Assembly (NCBI GenBank): GCA_019057815.1
Contig: JAHLWR010000002.1
Coordinates: 32,001-96,000, forward strand
Source: Candidatus Heimdallarchaeota archaeon
GTDB taxonomy: Archaea > Asgardarchaeota > Heimdallarchaeia > Heimdallarchaeales > Heimdallarchaeaceae
DNA length: 64,000 bases
Direction of reading: 5' to 3'
Shown here piece after piece: positions 19,640 to 31,197 of this stretch. Numbering within the stretch: the stretch's first letter is position 1; each line of letters begins with the position of its first letter. The notes under the pieces are model-generated. The model searched no databases. It worked only from the letters and a program-made list of their open reading frames with translations, and was not told where the DNA came from. Position numbers and translations under genes: made by a program.

Positions 19640-20707
19640 ATGGCAACAGTCGAAAAAGATCAGATTGAATTAGATGGAGAACTAATAGATGAAGCGACTC
19701 TCAAAGAAATAGACGCAATGAAGGGAGCTGGACAATGGAGCATCGTTTGGCGTAGGTTAAAGAAAGATAAAATGGGTATGTTTGGACTCTATATTGTTAT
19801 CTTTTTGATATTAATGGCAATCACCTCTTGGTTACTTTTAATGTACGATAATTGGTTAACCAACGCTGAATTGATTTTTGGTAATCCAGAGAATCCCTTA
19901 AGTCTTAACAATCTTTACGTGGAACTCTGGTTCCCGGGAATGGAAAAGACTAGTCCTCTAGTTCTCTTTAATCATCCAGAGTACAGTTTCTCAGATCAAG
20001 TGAAATTACCTCCCTCAATCACACATCCCTTCGGAACTGATGGGATAGGCCAAGATTTGTTTTCAAGAATGTTTTTTGGCTCAACTGTCTCACTAGCACT
20101 TGGCTTTATTGGTCAAATGATGACAGTAGTCATTGGCACAGTTTTAGGTTCCTTAGCAGGATACTATGGTGGATTGATTGATGATATCGTCCAAAGAGCT
20201 GTTGAATTACTATACTCTATGCCGGGTTTTATTCTAATAATCTTCATAATAGTACTTTTCGAAGACGTGAATATCCCAGGAGGGCGGTATGCTGTAGTAG
20301 TTATATTCTTATCACTCATTTCATGGGGTGGTGTAGCTCTAATTGTACGTTCAAACTTCTTCTCATTAAAACAACAAGATTTCGTAGAAGCAGAAAAAGC
20401 ACTGGGTGCGTCAGATATGCGGATTATCTTCAAGCATATCTTGCCGAATTCACTAGCACCGCTAATCATCATTATTACACTAGGTATAGCTGGAACAATA
20501 TTCCTCTTTGCAGCACTAGCCTTTTACGGCTTTGGTGACCCAAATGCTGTATCGTGGGGTGATGACCTTAACAAGTGGCAAAACTCACTTGTCGAGTATC
20601 CTTGGATGCCAATGTTCCCAGCGATGATGATATTCTTTACGGTTTTAGGTTTTAACATACTTGGTGATGCATTAAGAGATGCCTTAGATCCTCGTTTGAA
20701 GGATTAA
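19640..20707 (+). CDS. oppC: Oligopeptide ABC permease OppC/DppC
   Basis: HPFGTDGIGQDLFSR, DFVEAEKALGAS, HILPN, FNILGDALRDALDP. Confidence 0.93.
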   Translation: MATVEKDQIELDGELIDEATLKEIDAMKGAGQWSIVWRRLKKDKMGMFGLYIVIFLILMAITSWLLLMYDNWLTNAELIFGNPENPLSLNNLYVELWFPGMEKTSPLVLFNHPEYSFSDQVKLPPSITHPFGTDGIGQDLFSRMFFGSTVSLALGFIGQMMTVVIGTVLGSLAGYYGGLIDDIVQRAVELLYSMPGFILIIFIIVLFEDVNIPGGRYAVVVIFLSLISWGGVALIVRSNFFSLKQQDFVEAEKALGASDMRIIFKHILPNSLAPLIIIITLGIAGTIFLFAALAFYGFGDPNAVSWGDDLNKWQNSLVEYPWMPMFPAMMIFFTVLGFNILGDALRDALDPRLKD

Positions 20708-21062
20708 AAAAATCTCCCTCTTTTTTTTATTTTATTTTTAGTTAAATATTTAAGTTGCTTTTTGATTAATTTATTAGACAAAAGATATGTAGCCTTTATG
20801 CATAATTGTTTTACCTCGTACTAACAAGTTATAGTATACTATTGACAACTTGCACAGAATGATTTAGTAAATGAAATAAAAGGATATTACAAGAAACTAA
20901 ATTTTTTTTCTAAATGGGAAGAAAGTAGTGTAAATAATTTGAGTTGAGATTAAATAACTAACAAGAGTCAACAGTTACATTTATAATGGTTTAGACTTTC
21001 TTCCTATCAAAGCATGCTAATTTATAGCTTTAACAGCTTATAAGATATCTCAAAGTGATTTT

Positions 21063-22121
21063 ATGAGTAGACCGCAAGAAGATATATTACTAGAAGTTAA
21101 AGGCTTAAGGACATACTTTTTTACAGAAGAAGGTGTCGTTAAAGCTATTGAATCTATAGACTTCGTGGTTTATAAATCAGAGACCCTTGGTCTTGTAGGA
21201 GAATCAGGATCAGGTAAAAGTGTTTCAGCACTTTCAATATTAGGAATAGTTCCAGACCCTCCTGGTAAAGTATTAAGGGGGGAAGTTGTTTTCCATGGTC
21301 AAGATCTTCGTAAACTTTCCAGTTCAGAAATGCGTAAGATTCGTGGTAATCAAATTGCTATGATTTTCCAAGACCCTATGACAAGTCTTAATCCTGTTTT
21401 CACTGTTGGTAATCAGATTGCTGAAGCGATTATACTTCATCAGAAAGTCAATAAGAAGGAAGCGCGTGAAAAATCCATCAAAATTATGTCCCTTGTCGGT
21501 ATTCCTTCAGCGGATGAACGTGTTGATAATTATCCTTTTGAATTCTCAGGAGGTATGAGACAACGTGTTATGATTGCTATGGCTTTATGTTGTAATCCTG
21601 AGCTTCTTATAGCCGATGAACCTACAACTTCCCTTGATGTTACCATTCAAGCTCAGATTCTTGAGCTACTTAAGGCTACCAGTGAAGAATTCGATATGAG
21701 TATTATTCTTATTACTCACGATATGGGTGTTATCGCCGAGATGTGTGACCGTGTAGCTGTAATGTACGCTGGTTACATTGCAGAAGTTGGAGACATTATG
21801 ACAATTTTTCGTAACCCTTTTCATCCGTATACTAGAGGTTTACTTGGTGCTATACCGCGTCCCGATGCCAATCGTGAAGATCTCACTATTATTCGGGGAG
21901 CCATTCCGAATTTGATTAATCCTCCGTCTGGGTGTCGTTTCCATCCTCGTTGTGATTATTGGATGCAAGGTCTTTGTGAAAATGAAGTTCCTGTTCTTTT
22001 GGAACTAGAGCCTGGTCATATAATTATGTGCCATTTATACACAGAAGAAGGTAAAGCCTTCCTCGCTCAACGCAAGATTGACCCTGAGACATATATGAAA
22101 CAAGTATTAGCAGCTCAATAG
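21063..22121 (+). CDS. oppD: Oligopeptide ABC ATPase OppD
   Basis: [45 protein letters not shown]. Confidence 0.95.
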   Translation: MSRPQEDILLEVKGLRTYFFTEEGVVKAIESIDFVVYKSETLGLVGESGSGKSVSALSILGIVPDPPGKVLRGEVVFHGQDLRKLSSSEMRKIRGNQIAMIFQDPMTSLNPVFTVGNQIAEAIILHQKVNKKEAREKSIKIMSLVGIPSADERVDNYPFEFSGGMRQRVMIAMALCCNPELLIADEPTTSLDVTIQAQILELLKATSEEFDMSIILITHDMGVIAEMCDRVAVMYAGYIAEVGDIMTIFRNPFHPYTRGLLGAIPRPDANREDLTIIRGAIPNLINPPSGCRFHPRCDYWMQGLCENEVPVLLELEPGHIIMCHLYTEEGKAFLAQRKIDPETYMKQVLAAQ

Positions 22122-22134
22122 AAAGGTGAAGAAT

Positions 22135-23355
22135 ATGAGTTCAGATACATCATTAAAAGATAAAATACTCGCTCGAGCTGGAAAAGGTATCCTTGGTTCT
22201 TCTCGACTTCGTATGAAAGAGATGGAAGAAGATGTTGTTTTAGAGATTGTTAACCTTCGTAAATTCTTTGAAATCCCCATTCCTTTTGAGACCACTTGGT
22301 TTTTAATAGCTTTCATTGCATCCTTAGTTGTTTTTGCATTCCAAACTATGGTAGGTCTCATTTTGATGGGTGCAGTTATTGTAGCTTACTTTGGACTACC
22401 GTACATACCACCTTTCAATAAACGTCCGAAAATAGCATACTTAAAGGCTGTAGATGGTATTGCCATAAAAATCAAAAGAGGTAAAATTATTGGTCTTGTT
22501 GGAGAATCTGGTTGTGGGAAAAGCACCGCAGCTAAAACAATTATCCGTTTACTGGAGCCTACATCAGGAGCTGTTTATTTCCAAGGTATCGATATAAATA
22601 GGCTCACGAGCGAAGAAATGAAAGAAGTTAGAAGGCACATGCAAATAGTCTTTCAAGATCCTTATGCATCTCTAAATCCACGAGCTACGGCTCATGACAT
22701 AATCGCAGAACCATTTGATATTCATGGTATTGCGTCAGGTGATGAAGCTAGTTTCCGTGTTCTTAAATTAATAAAAGATGTTGGTTTAGCTCCTCATCAT
22801 GCTTATAGATATCCGCACGAATTTTCAGGAGGACAAAGACAAAGGTTGGGTATCGCAAGAGCTCTTGCTCTCGAACCAGATTTCATTGTAATGGATGAAC
22901 CTGTAAGTAACCTAGACGTTTCTGTTAGGGCTGCAATAATCCAGTTAATTCTTGACTTACAAAAGAAGATGGGGTTGACTTATCTATTTATTGCTCACGA
23001 TTTATCACTTGTTAAAATCCTATGTGACGAGGTTTATGTAATGTATCTTGGTAAGATTATGGAGGCAGGTACAAGTGATGACGTCTTCGAAGATATGAAA
23101 CACCCATACACTAAAGCACTTATATCAGCTGTCCCTGTTGCAGATCCAACAAAAAGATCAAAGAAAATCTTCTTACAAGGAGAAATACCAACACCTATAA
23201 ATCCTCCACCAGGATGCAAATTCCAAACAAGATGTCCACTTGTTTCTGACATCTGCAGAGTAGACGAATCACCTGAAAAATGGTATAGTAAAACTCATGT
23301 ATGTTTTTGCCACAATGTTGAAGGTGGAGAAGACAGTTCAGAAGCATTCTATTAG
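22135..23355 (+). CDS. oppF: Oligopeptide ABC ATPase OppF with inserted hydrophobic hairpin
   Basis: KAVDG, GESGCGKS, FQDPYASLNP, FSGGQRQR, HPYT, GCKFQTRC; ~55-aa hydrophobic insertion near the N-terminus. Confidence 0.92.
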   Translation: MSSDTSLKDKILARAGKGILGSSRLRMKEMEEDVVLEIVNLRKFFEIPIPFETTWFLIAFIASLVVFAFQTMVGLILMGAVIVAYFGLPYIPPFNKRPKIAYLKAVDGIAIKIKRGKIIGLVGESGCGKSTAAKTIIRLLEPTSGAVYFQGIDINRLTSEEMKEVRRHMQIVFQDPYASLNPRATAHDIIAEPFDIHGIASGDEASFRVLKLIKDVGLAPHHAYRYPHEFSGGQRQRLGIARALALEPDFIVMDEPVSNLDVSVRAAIIQLILDLQKKMGLTYLFIAHDLSLVKILCDEVYVMYLGKIMEAGTSDDVFEDMKHPYTKALISAVPVADPTKRSKKIFLQGEIPTPINPPPGCKFQTRCPLVSDICRVDESPEKWYSKTHVCFCHNVEGGEDSSEAFY

Positions 23356-23361
23356 AAATAG

Positions 23362-23405
23362 TAGTCCCGCCTTAAAAGTGCGGTACTAAAAATTTTTTTC
23401 TTTTT
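23362..23405 (+). terminator. Imperfect hairpin plus T-tract after oppF
   Basis: tagtcccgc-cttaaaagt-gcggtacta followed by T runs. Confidence 0.55.
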
Positions 23406-23494
23406 CATATTTTGTTGCAGAACTGTGACAAGATTTATTTAGTTATTTCATAATATTTAACTGTTTCAATATATCAATTTGAGGAGAAGAAAGT

Positions 23495-24247
23495 ATGAGT
23501 AAAGTTAATCTTGAATCGGCCCAAAATGGCACAGAACGTTTACAAAACGAACTTAAGGAATTGCTTCAATTTACTACCAGTCAGAATGAGGAACTTTTAA
23601 AGCACTTAACAGATCTTAAGTATAATTTAACTGAAAAATCTAGAAAAACAGAGCAATTATCAGAAAGCATAGCTACTGAAGAGACTAAAAAAAGGGTCCG
23701 TGCAACTGAACTGGAAGAGTTGAATACTGAACTCCAAAAATTAAATCACCATAAAGATGTTCTACTTTCTGAGATATCCAGCCAACAGAAAGATATTGAA
23801 CAGCTTTCATTTATTATTCTTGAAAAAGAAAAATCTAAAACGGAAGTAAGTATTTCAGTAGATTCCTTGACTCAACGCATTGCTGAGCAGAATAGGAAAA
23901 TGGAGGAACATGAAGTTCTCATCGACGCAATTAATGAGGAGTATAAAGAAGATTCCCTCAAAAAAGACACTATTTATGCACAAATAACTAGTCAATACAA
24001 TAGCATGATGTCTAAATCTAAAGCATTAAAATTTCTAGTTAAGAAAGATATCGTTATCCTTCCTGAAATTAAAGTAATACGCAGCTTAAAAGTTCCAGGT
24101 ATGGATTCTGAACAAAACATTCGTAAAACTTCCGGTGTTTCTGACCAAATTATTAGAAACATTCTACTAGACTTAGATAAAAGAGAGATTATCTCTTTTG
24201 ATCCTTTATCAGGAAAAGTTCAAATTTTAGACGAAATTGACATTTAG
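23495..24247 (+). CDS. Coiled-coil protein with C-terminal winged-helix-like domain (paralog 1)
   Basis: GAGGAG SD; ~170 aa of heptads, then helix-turn-helix plus beta-hairpin pattern. Confidence 0.8.
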   Translation: MSKVNLESAQNGTERLQNELKELLQFTTSQNEELLKHLTDLKYNLTEKSRKTEQLSESIATEETKKRVRATELEELNTELQKLNHHKDVLLSEISSQQKDIEQLSFIILEKEKSKTEVSISVDSLTQRIAEQNRKMEEHEVLIDAINEEYKEDSLKKDTIYAQITSQYNSMMSKSKALKFLVKKDIVILPEIKVIRSLKVPGMDSEQNIRKTSGVSDQIIRNILLDLDKREIISFDPLSGKVQILDEIDI

Positions 24248-24260
24248 GAGGTATATAGAA

Positions 24261-25013
24261 GTGGCAATCGAAGAAAAAATATTAGAAAATCTTTCAAGTT
24301 TAAGGAAAAACATAGGCGAACTAAATTCCCGTTTTAAAGATAAAATAGAGAGTCTAAATAATATAATTGAAACAGCGTTTGAAGATGCAAGGTTAATCCC
24401 TCAATTCATCGAATCTCTAGAAACGACATTAAAAGGGATAAATCAAGAAATTTCTGTGATCACTGAAAATTTAAGCAATAGTAAAGATACTATTCAAAGT
24501 GTTAAAACAGAAATTGAAATTCAAGAATCCACGAAAAATGATTTAATTGTTAAAGAAGAGCAAAACCGAGAGACTGTCAACTCTTTAGATTCAGAGATAA
24601 CAGAATTCAAACAAAGAAATGAACAGTTACAACTAGAATATGACACTGTAAAACAGCAAGCTCAGCAAAGAAAAGAAGAGTACCACAACCTTCAGATAGA
24701 TGTCAAGGGAGAATTGTCAAAAATCGAAACAAAAATCAAGGAAGCAGAAGAGAAACTAAAAGTAGCCAAAGAAGAGAACAAACTAATAGTCTATTTAATG
24801 GAAGCAGGACTTTTAGATGTACCAGAAGCCGAACTAGTAGCAATGATTGCAGCTCATCCTGAAGGCATGAAAATAGAAGAAATTAAAGGAAAGGTGAAGA
24901 TACCTCCAGTTAGAGTGCAACCAATACTCAATAATCTGCTGGAGAAGATATTAGTCTACAATGAACACCAAGAATCATACACTATTAAAGAAGATATTAA
25001 AGATGAACTTTAA
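24261..25013 (+). CDS. Coiled-coil protein with C-terminal winged-helix-like domain (paralog 2)
   Basis: AGGAGGT SD before GTG; same architecture as the upstream gene. Confidence 0.8.
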   Translation: MAIEEKILENLSSLRKNIGELNSRFKDKIESLNNIIETAFEDARLIPQFIESLETTLKGINQEISVITENLSNSKDTIQSVKTEIEIQESTKNDLIVKEEQNRETVNSLDSEITEFKQRNEQLQLEYDTVKQQAQQRKEEYHNLQIDVKGELSKIETKIKEAEEKLKVAKEENKLIVYLMEAGLLDVPEAELVAMIAAHPEGMKIEEIKGKVKIPPVRVQPILNNLLEKILVYNEHQESYTIKEDIKDEL

Positions 25014-25156
25014 TTTCAATTTTTCCAAAACTTTTTCTTTTTTACGTAATATCTTGTTTTGTTATTGGGAAATTGGAATGTGAGAAATCATCTATGTAAT
25101 ACTGTAATCTTTTTAAAGTAAGTAAAACTTCAGAAATCAACCTTTGTTTCATATAA

Positions 25157-26518
<1,362 letters not shown>

Positions 26519-26534
26519 GAATAATGGATGATTA

Positions 26535-26551
26535 GACGGAAACTTTCCGTC
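26535..26551. terminator. Perfect inverted repeat between convergent genes
   Basis: gacggaaa-c-tttccgtc between the gdhA stop and the 26557 stop. Confidence 0.6.
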
Positions 26552-26556
26552 AACTT

Positions 26557-29538
26557 TTATTCTTCTTTACTCCTTTTTTTCGGTTTTATTATCATTCCTT
26601 CTCCTTTTTGTGCATCAATTCTAATTATAAATGGGTTTTTGATTCTAATATGACGAACATACTCCAAATCAGTAATAACTTTCTGCTGGTCAATCCATTT
26701 CCAGTCAATAAAATGGCGATTTGATTCATGTTTAATATGTAAATAGCCAATATTGGAATTTACAATGTTTGTAAAGAAATGGCTCCCTTGTGAGAAGTCA
26801 ACATTAAAATCTTTCAAGTTTGCTTCTATCATAGCTCCGACTCCACTGATATGTTGCCATTTCACTGGGATACCTAGAAAACGGTCAGCAGTACCCCAAC
26901 GTCCAAAACCTATTAAAATGTAAGGTCTTTTTTCTTCTAATAATTTTGCGTTAAGTTTACTGATTTCCCCCACCATTTCTAGAGTTTTTGTTCTATTGAA
27001 ATTCTTTGGTTTTACAAAAACTATATCACGTATATCTTTTCTAAGAAGATTACCAGATACATTTGAAGAATAAGCCAAAATTTGATTTATATTTATTGCT
27101 TCAAGATCCACAGAATGTAAAGCCTCTTGTTGTAAAAATGGTCGAATTTGTAAAAAGTAAAATATATCTTTATCTTTAGAGCTCTTTTTGAAATCCGCTG
27201 CAAATTCAATCTCTATTGAACAACCCATTACACTTTCTCCAACTGAAAGTACTTTAGAGACCAATTCAGCCAGCCTAAAGTCTTTATATTTCAGTTGTTG
27301 GTTAAATGTTATAACTGGAGAACCTTCACCGTAAAAACCACTTTGAAGACTTTGAGAAGTAAAATCGTAAGTGTCCGCAATTTTTGTTAGTGTATTGTCC
27401 TGAATTGCATCACTTAAGTTGAGTTCTATTACAAAAGGGTCATCAAGCAGAATGTCAAACTCTTTTTCCACTAGATCAATTGCATAGAATTTTGATTGAC
27501 TATGTTCTAGGAGCAAATCAGGAGTGGAGTAAAAGTTGAGTTTTGGATATCTGGGACAGAATCTAACTGATGACCCTCCTTCTACGATCATTTTACCTAG
27601 ACCTAACGCTACTTGTGAGATTCTGTCTTCGGGTTTCATATAATCTCCAAAGGGATAATAATTGTAAGAGGATGCTGTTCCTGAAAAATCAGGATAAAAT
27701 CTGTTATTATGCTCATTTCCAACAACGTTTTGGATAACTACAGCCATTTTAGATTCTTCTACAGTTTGATTAATTGCTTCAGAATAAGACCGAGCTAGTT
27801 CTAGAAAAGGTGAGGCATATACAAGTTTTATTGCTGTGTATAATCGCTCTAAGCGCGTTTCTATTTCAGTATCATTATTAGGGATCATATATGTATTGAA
27901 GATTCCTGCAAAAGGTTGATAAGCCGAATCTTCTAAAAGGCTTGAAGAGCGAACAGCTAGCGGAATGTTCATATCTTTTAGGAGGAAACGTAAATCATTA
28001 CGAAGACTCTCAGATAACTTGGCTTTTACAAACTTCTTTTTGATATCATCATCTGAAATTCTCGAAAGAGCAAAATCATAAAGGTTATTATCTTCCATGA
28101 ATCTATCAAATTCATCGGTTCCAATTACAATTGTTTTTGGAATATCTATTATTATATTTTTAAATTCATCTCCAATTAAGAACGAATTTAGAAGAAACAT
28201 GAGAAAAGCTAAACCTCTACCTTTACCTCCTAGTGAGCCAGGCCTTAGCCTAAGAAATAGAATCTCTGGATGGTAGTTCTCACGAGAGAAATCATTAACA
28301 ATCCCTCTTGTTTTTTCAACAACTATTTCTTTAACTGTATCAAGTAAAAACTGTCTTAATTCTTCTGCAGAAAATTCTGAAACTTTTCTTGGTTTCAATT
28401 TGTGAGCTGTTTCAAATTCCCCTCTTGCATTAAGCCAATTAGAAAAATGATCATTTGTTCCATGATAAACTAGTGTTTCAGCGGGAACTTCACTGAGTTG
28501 ATTGTAAAAATCTATTACATCCTTGACTTTTACAATGGTTTTACCTTTACTAGTTTGAAAAACAAAATCACCGAAACCCACGCGATTAAGAAGCCATTTT
28601 TGAAATTCCCACATCATTCCATGACTTCGTTTGTGAATAAACCAACAACCAAGTTTTTTAGCTTTATCTCTATATTTTTCTTTACTGGATTGAAGAACTA
28701 TTGGTAGGTTAGTTGTTTCTTTCTTTAGTTTCTCAACGAATGCAAATCCAGCATTTTTATCAAGTATTCCATCTTTTGGGAATTCAATATCAGAAACTAT
28801 ACCAAGAACATTATCTTTGTACTTTTCATAGTACATTATTGCTTCCTCATAAGTCTCAGCTAAGAGAATTTTAGGTCGGATTCTCATCTTAAGTAAATCT
28901 TGAAAATCATTTGTTCCTTCAGTGGTTAATCGGTGGGTTTGACGCATTAACTCACCATAGAGTTCAGGTAGGAGAAGAGAGTAAAAACGGATAGAATCAT
29001 CAATAAAAATAAAAACTCTAACATGTCCATGTTTAGTGTCATAATCAGCATTAAACTTATCTTCTAAATGCTTAATTATAGCCACGAAAATTTTGGAATC
29101 CCCATTCCAGACAAATATTCTATCTATACCTTCTCTTTTTTCATAATCTGGTAAGTATTTAATCTCTACAACACTTGTTAGGAGAAGAATAACGGGAATA
29201 TCATGGATTTCTTTTACGTTTTTTCCAAAAGAGAAAGCATCCATATCTCCAAGTCTCCTCATTGTAATTACTAAGTCGAATTTCTTTTCCTGTATCATTT
29301 CAAGTGCCATAGCTGCAGAAGATACTCGAGTTATACGAGGAAGAGTCCTGAGATTTAAGGTCTTAAATTCTTCATATATTTGATCAGAAAGACGACCATC
29401 TTCCTCAATCAAGAAGGAATCATAAATACTACTAACAAGAAGAACATTACTCATTCTTATAGCCATTAATTCATGAAAAATTTTGTGTTTCGGTTTGTAC
29501 TCAAGATAGAACTTTTCATCATCTTTTGTGGTAGCCAA
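26557..29538 (-). CDS. PEP-synthase/PPDK nucleotide-binding-domain protein with receiver-like domains
   Basis: GSLGGKGRGLAF, AVRSSSLLED, FAG, MAVVIQ, GLGK, IEIEFA, LQIRP, SQGSHFF; REC-like segments in the N-terminal region. Confidence 0.85.
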   Translation of the reverse strand: MATTKDDEKFYLEYKPKHKIFHELMAIRMSNVLLVSSIYDSFLIEEDGRLSDQIYEEFKTLNLRTLPRITRVSSAAMALEMIQEKKFDLVITMRRLGDMDAFSFGKNVKEIHDIPVILLLTSVVEIKYLPDYEKREGIDRIFVWNGDSKIFVAIIKHLEDKFNADYDTKHGHVRVFIFIDDSIRFYSLLLPELYGELMRQTHRLTTEGTNDFQDLLKMRIRPKILLAETYEEAIMYYEKYKDNVLGIVSDIEFPKDGILDKNAGFAFVEKLKKETTNLPIVLQSSKEKYRDKAKKLGCWFIHKRSHGMMWEFQKWLLNRVGFGDFVFQTSKGKTIVKVKDVIDFYNQLSEVPAETLVYHGTNDHFSNWLNARGEFETAHKLKPRKVSEFSAEELRQFLLDTVKEIVVEKTRGIVNDFSRENYHPEILFLRLRPGSLGGKGRGLAFLMFLLNSFLIGDEFKNIIIDIPKTIVIGTDEFDRFMEDNNLYDFALSRISDDDIKKKFVKAKLSESLRNDLRFLLKDMNIPLAVRSSSLLEDSAYQPFAGIFNTYMIPNNDTEIETRLERLYTAIKLVYASPFLELARSYSEAINQTVEESKMAVVIQNVVGNEHNNRFYPDFSGTASSYNYYPFGDYMKPEDRISQVALGLGKMIVEGGSSVRFCPRYPKLNFYSTPDLLLEHSQSKFYAIDLVEKEFDILLDDPFVIELNLSDAIQDNTLTKIADTYDFTSQSLQSGFYGEGSPVITFNQQLKYKDFRLAELVSKVLSVGESVMGCSIEIEFAADFKKSSKDKDIFYFLQIRPFLQQEALHSVDLEAININQILAYSSNVSGNLLRKDIRDIVFVKPKNFNRTKTLEMVGEISKLNAKLLEEKRPYILIGFGRWGTADRFLGIPVKWQHISGVGAMIEANLKDFNVDFSQGSHFFTNIVNSNIGYLHIKHESNRHFIDWKWIDQQKVITDLEYVRHIRIKNPFIIRIDAQKGEGMIIKPKKRSKEE

Positions 29539-29634
29539 CTTGTTTCCTCCTCAACATATAGAACAATATGTTAGACTAATATAAGTCTTTTATTTCATAA
29601 ATAATAAAAAACAGAAAAAGGAAAATAAGTTCCT

Positions 29635-30978
29635 TCAACCACTTACTTCTCTAGATAGCGCTTTCCCCTCTTTTCCAGTTGTTTTCACAAAAAGCATAAA
29701 TATCAGAGCGATTGCTAGGAATACTATTGAATATAAAAAGAGATACTTAACTCCTATTAAATCCCATAGTGCACCAGCAATAACTGGAGAAAGAATTGCT
29801 GCAGTTGCTACGAAGAAATAATAAAGTCCAGTAAGTGTTCCTAGTTTTTTTGTTCCCGCCATTTCCCAAACAATTACAATGCTATTAACATTGATCATAG
29901 CCCAGAAAATACCTCCTAAGAACAACATCATCCCAACTATAATTATCTCCCAAGTCCATTTAAATGGTAAAAAGGTTATGAATTCTTGTAGTGCTGAATT
30001 TGGGAACAATGAGAGAAGTACGATTGGAATTAAAACAATTGAAAGTCCAATAATACCCATTAGTATTATTTTTCGCCGATTTATTTTCTTTGCCATCAAG
30101 CCTGCTGGAATAGCTGCTAAAATGAAAGTTAAGGAATATATTCCTAGTAACATAGAAGCATCAGCTTCAGCCATATTGAGGTGATAAGCAGCATAAGTAC
30201 TAAACCATGTTTCTAAGGCGTTAAATGCAAAAAACCATGATGAAATCGCCAAGAAAATGAAGAGAAGACTTTTATCTTTACTAGTAAAAAGCTCTTTTAT
30301 CGCTTCAAAAAGCTTAACTTTTTCCTTAACTTCAACATCAACGCGCTTTTTTGTTTCTTTAATAGTGAATATAAGAGCAACTAAACATAGAAGCATTATA
30401 ACAGACACAATCCAGAAGGACAAATTGGGGTTGACTTTGTAAACAGCAGACATAACGAAAAGACCAATTAAAGCTCCTACACCGCCCATGAGATTTATCA
30501 TAGCATTACCTCGACTTCTGAACTCTTTAGGTACTAAATCAGGCATTAAAGCTACTACAGGAGCTCGATAAAGCGCCATAGCAATGTTAAAACCACCGAT
30601 AGCCACAAGTAGTAAAATAAACATTTCTTGAAAAGTAGAAAGTAAGCCGAAGAAAATTGCTGCAATTGGAATGCCAATGATAATAAAAGGCATTCTTCGA
30701 CCCCATTTTGTCCAGATATTGTCACTAACGTTTCCCAACCATGGTTGAAGTGTAATTGCTGCGATATTGTCGAGCACCATTATGACTCCAATTACTGTTT
30801 TTTCTCCTTGGAAATTTAATAAATTATCTAAGTATCTCGGCACATAAATATTGAACATCGCCCATGTTATAGCTGTTGTAAAGAAACCCAAGCCTAAAAC
30901 AGCAGTAAAAACATAAGAGAAACTCTTCCCTTCTTGGGCATCTTTATAATTATTTTTCATTTTACTAAAGAATTGCAT
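29635..30978 (-). CDS. MFS transporter (sugar/glycoside type)
   Basis: QPWLGNVSD...WGRRMPFI; ALMPD; about 12 TM. Confidence 0.88.
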   Translation of the reverse strand: MQFFSKMKNNYKDAQEGKSFSYVFTAVLGLGFFTTAITWAMFNIYVPRYLDNLLNFQGEKTVIGVIMVLDNIAAITLQPWLGNVSDNIWTKWGRRMPFIIIGIPIAAIFFGLLSTFQEMFILLLVAIGGFNIAMALYRAPVVALMPDLVPKEFRSRGNAMINLMGGVGALIGLFVMSAVYKVNPNLSFWIVSVIMLLCLVALIFTIKETKKRVDVEVKEKVKLFEAIKELFTSKDKSLLFIFLAISSWFFAFNALETWFSTYAAYHLNMAEADASMLLGIYSLTFILAAIPAGLMAKKINRRKIILMGIIGLSIVLIPIVLLSLFPNSALQEFITFLPFKWTWEIIIVGMMLFLGGIFWAMINVNSIVIVWEMAGTKKLGTLTGLYYFFVATAAILSPVIAGALWDLIGVKYLFLYSIVFLAIALIFMLFVKTTGKEGKALSREVSG

Positions 30979-31086
30979 GCATATAAGGAATAGAAGAATT
31001 ATATATATTTTATTAATTTTTTTGATAGAAAAACGTTAAAATATTGGAAAAATGGATGAGAAGACATTTTTTTTGGGTACTGAGTT

Positions 31087-31119
31087 ATTGTTTCACTCAA
31101 CCTTTATAAATGAAACAAT
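31087..31119 (+). promoter_or_regulatory. Inverted repeat (putative operator) bracketing a TATA box
   Basis: attgtttca-N15 (containing tttataaa)-tgaaacaat; extra half-site ttgtttca at 31152. Confidence 0.6.
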
Positions 31120-31197
31120 TCGTTGCAGTCAGTTCTTTTTAAAAAGACGCTTTGTTTCACCTAATTGAATATATCTACCCAAGTACTAAAACAAATT

